DNA from: Gammaproteobacteria bacterium
GTDB taxonomy: Bacteria > Pseudomonadota > Gammaproteobacteria > Steroidobacterales > Steroidobacteraceae
NCBI GenBank assembly: GCA_040002315.1
Contig: JBDUEQ010000146.1
Location: 6,009-70,008, forward strand
Direction of reading: 5' to 3'
DNA: 64,000 bases
Below the pieces are notes generated by a model, which saw only the letters and a list, made by a program, of their open reading frames with translations, was not told where the DNA came from and searched no databases. The translations under genes and the position numbers were made by a program. Shown one piece after another: positions 62,554 to 64,000 of this stretch. Positions within the stretch are counted from its first letter, which is position 1, and every line of letters starts with the position of its first letter.

Positions 62554-64000
62554 TCATGGTGCGATGATCGTGGTGTTGACCATGGTCACGGAGGCGACGA
62601 GACTGAGTACTCGCCCGGTGAGCGTGGTCTGAATGGTTTGACCGGCAGTGGAGATGGTGACACCAGCCGAAGAGATAATGGTGCCGACCATGGCGCTGCC
62701 ATCTTCGACGCGTGCGGCTGCACCCACCTGCCAGAACACGTTCTTGGCCAGCGCGCCATTGACCAGCAGCACATGCCGCGGTGTCGCAGGGAGACCGACG
62801 GTCAGCGAGGAAGCCATCTGGAACACCCACTGCGCGTTGGGGTCCCCTTGCGCATCGAGCGTGAGGTCGCCGGAAGTGATGCCAAACGTGCCTGCGGCGG
62901 ACGTGTAGGTGGCGGGCGTCAGGGTCAGCCCGCCGAGTTCACCCGCACCCGGATCACTGCCCGGCGGCAGGGCTGCCAGATAGTTGTACGCGAGTTGGGC
63001 ATCCAACAGTGCCTGGGTCGCGGCCGCAGCAGTGGCGGCCGTTCCGGGTGCCGGCGGCGCGCAATCGATGCTGCCGTTGACCACTCCCACATTCAGCGGA
63101 GTCTGCGTGTACACGTTCAGCGCGTCGTGAAAGCCGGTGACCAGAGTACACGCGGCCGTGGTCGCCATATTGCCGTTGACCACGGTGTTGATGCCTTGGT
63201 TGGTGATTCCCGCACTTCCGCCGAAACTGCCGAAACCAGCTGCGGTTCCCAAATTGACGGGCTGGGTGCAGGCCGTGGTGCCTGTCGTAAACGTCCACAC
63301 GTGGTCGGCGGCGAGCGCATTCCCGGCGACGTCCTTGACGCCGGCGGCGCCGGATTTAACGGTGGCCGTGAATAGAGTGCTGGCGGCAAAGCCGGTGGGA
63401 GCCGTTACCGTGAATTGCGCTATGTGATTGAGTGCGTCGTAGCTGACGGTGCCCAACACCGCAATTCCCGCCGCGGTCACGCGAAAGGTCGTTGTATTGA
63501 TGGTCGCCGGATCCATCGCCTCGGTGAACGTGGCGCTGACGGTCTTGGTTCGACACACGATGGTGGCGCCGGCCAGCGGACTGACTAATGTAACGGTCGG
63601 CGGCGTGGTGTCGGTCGCCGCACCGCTGCTGAACGTCCATATATAGTTGCTGGCCGCAGGCAGGAGCGCGGGATCGCCCGCGAGTCCGTTGCCGGCTAAG
63701 TCGGCGGCGGCCGAGGTAATCGTCGCCGTGAACAGAGTGTTGGCCGCCAAAGCCGCCGTCGGGGTGAAGACGGCCGATCGGGCGCCCGCATGATAGGCCA
63801 CGGTCCCGGTTACCGGCGACCCGAGGGTGGTGTTGACCACGGTGAAGTTCGCGCCCTTGATAGTGGTCGGGTCCATGTCTTCGCTGAACACGGCGGACAC
63901 CAATGTGTTGGTCGCCACCGCCGTGGCGGTGTTGAGGGGAACGGTGAGCACCACCGTGGGACGAATGGTGTCGGCCAGCGCGCCGGTCGTAAAGGTCCAG
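62554..64000 (-). CDS. surface protein: tandem SbsA-type Ig-like repeats + C-terminal DUF3494 (ice-binding-like beta-solenoid) domain. 5' end lies outside the window.
   Basis: The ORF-track start at 63954 is an internal Val: hand translation of 63999-63955 continues the frame (WTFTTGALADTIRPT) with the same repeat pattern. Two ~110-aa repeats are delimited by WTF(S/T)(S/T)G. DUF3494 hallmarks: AAGFGSFGGSAGITNQG, TLDAQGDPNAQWVFQ and NVFWQVGAAA. Confidence 0.85.
   Translation of the reverse strand, partial: WTFTTGALADTIRPTVVLTVPLNTATAVATNTLVSAVFSEDMDPTTIKGANFTVVNTTLGSPVTGTVAYHAGARSAVFTPTAALAANTLFTATITSAAADLAGNGLAGDPALLPAASNYIWTFSSGAATDTTPPTVTLVSPLAGATIVCRTKTVSATFTEAMDPATINTTTFRVTAAGIAVLGTVSYDALNHIAQFTVTAPTGFAASTLFTATVKSGAAGVKDVAGNALAADHVWTFTTGTTACTQPVNLGTAAGFGSFGGSAGITNQGINTVVNGNMATTAACTLVTGFHDALNVYTQTPLNVGVVNGSIDCAPPAPGTAATAAAATQALLDAQLAYNYLAALPPGSDPGAGELGGLTLTPATYTSAAGTFGITSGDLTLDAQGDPNAQWVFQMASSLTVGLPATPRHVLLVNGALAKNVFWQVGAAARVEDGSAMVGTIISSAGVTISTAGQTIQTTLTGRVLSLVASVTMVNTTIIAP

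Noticed and set aside
62507-62830. 108-codon upstream extension of the OmpA ORF (His/Arg-rich)
   Set aside because: It overlaps the 3' end of the DUF3494 gene. A canonical signal peptide begins at the internal ATG at 62506.
1-64000. CRISPR arrays, tRNA/rRNA genes, insertion sequences, integrases, prophage or toxin-antitoxin/defence modules
   Set aside because: The intergenic regions are short (the largest is 512 nt). By eye none shows regularly spaced repeats, tRNA T-loop or acceptor features, or terminal inverted repeats, and no ORF shows transposase, integrase or phage motifs. tRNAscan, Infernal, ISfinder and defence-finder runs would be needed for a definitive negative.

Overview
This is a visibly GC-rich, densely coding (about 90%) chromosomal segment from a diderm bacterium, shown by TonB-dependent receptors, an OmpA-family protein, FecI/FecR signalling and many Tat/Sec leaders. 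I support about 50 protein genes. I recognised no rRNA, tRNA, CRISPR array, integrase, transposase or phage gene.

From left to right the window contains:
1. An AraC-controlled locus: TonB receptor, cupin, acyl-CoA synthetase, TPP-dependent E1 alpha/beta and an orphan lipoyl domain.
2. A FecI/FecR/STN-TonB cell-surface signalling unit.
3. A p-cresol-methylhydroxylase-like flavocytochrome operon with a TauD-family dioxygenase.
4. A short gene-decay zone.
5. A methyltransferase and membrane-protein pair facing a 1,017-aa XRE-HTH/P-loop/TPR STAND-type regulator.
6. An 11-kb locus packed with two GMC flavoprotein + Tat small-subunit pairs, three xylose-isomerase-like TIM barrels, a Gfo/Idh/MocA enzyme, a NupG-type permease and DUF1080.
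7. A run of secreted peptidases (M1, M28, S9, S12, M24, S8), with translationally coupled S9-S12-YkvI and cyclophilin-M24 units.
8. msrA, a PEBP protein, an aldose epimerase, a P450 and a REC-PAS-GGDEF(degenerate)-EAL protein.
9. An OmpA protein with a polyproline spacer next to an Ig-repeat protein that ends in a DUF3494 (ice-binding-like) domain.

The best candidates for undescribed biology are the oxidative-glycoside-like locus (29181-40503), the E1/orphan-lipoyl/acyl-CoA-synthetase/cupin locus (2799-10849), the Ig-repeat/DUF3494 + OmpA pair (61355-64000) and the TTGA-coupled S9-S12-YkvI operon.

All family calls come from motif recognition by eye. No database search was run, so functional specifics are hypotheses.
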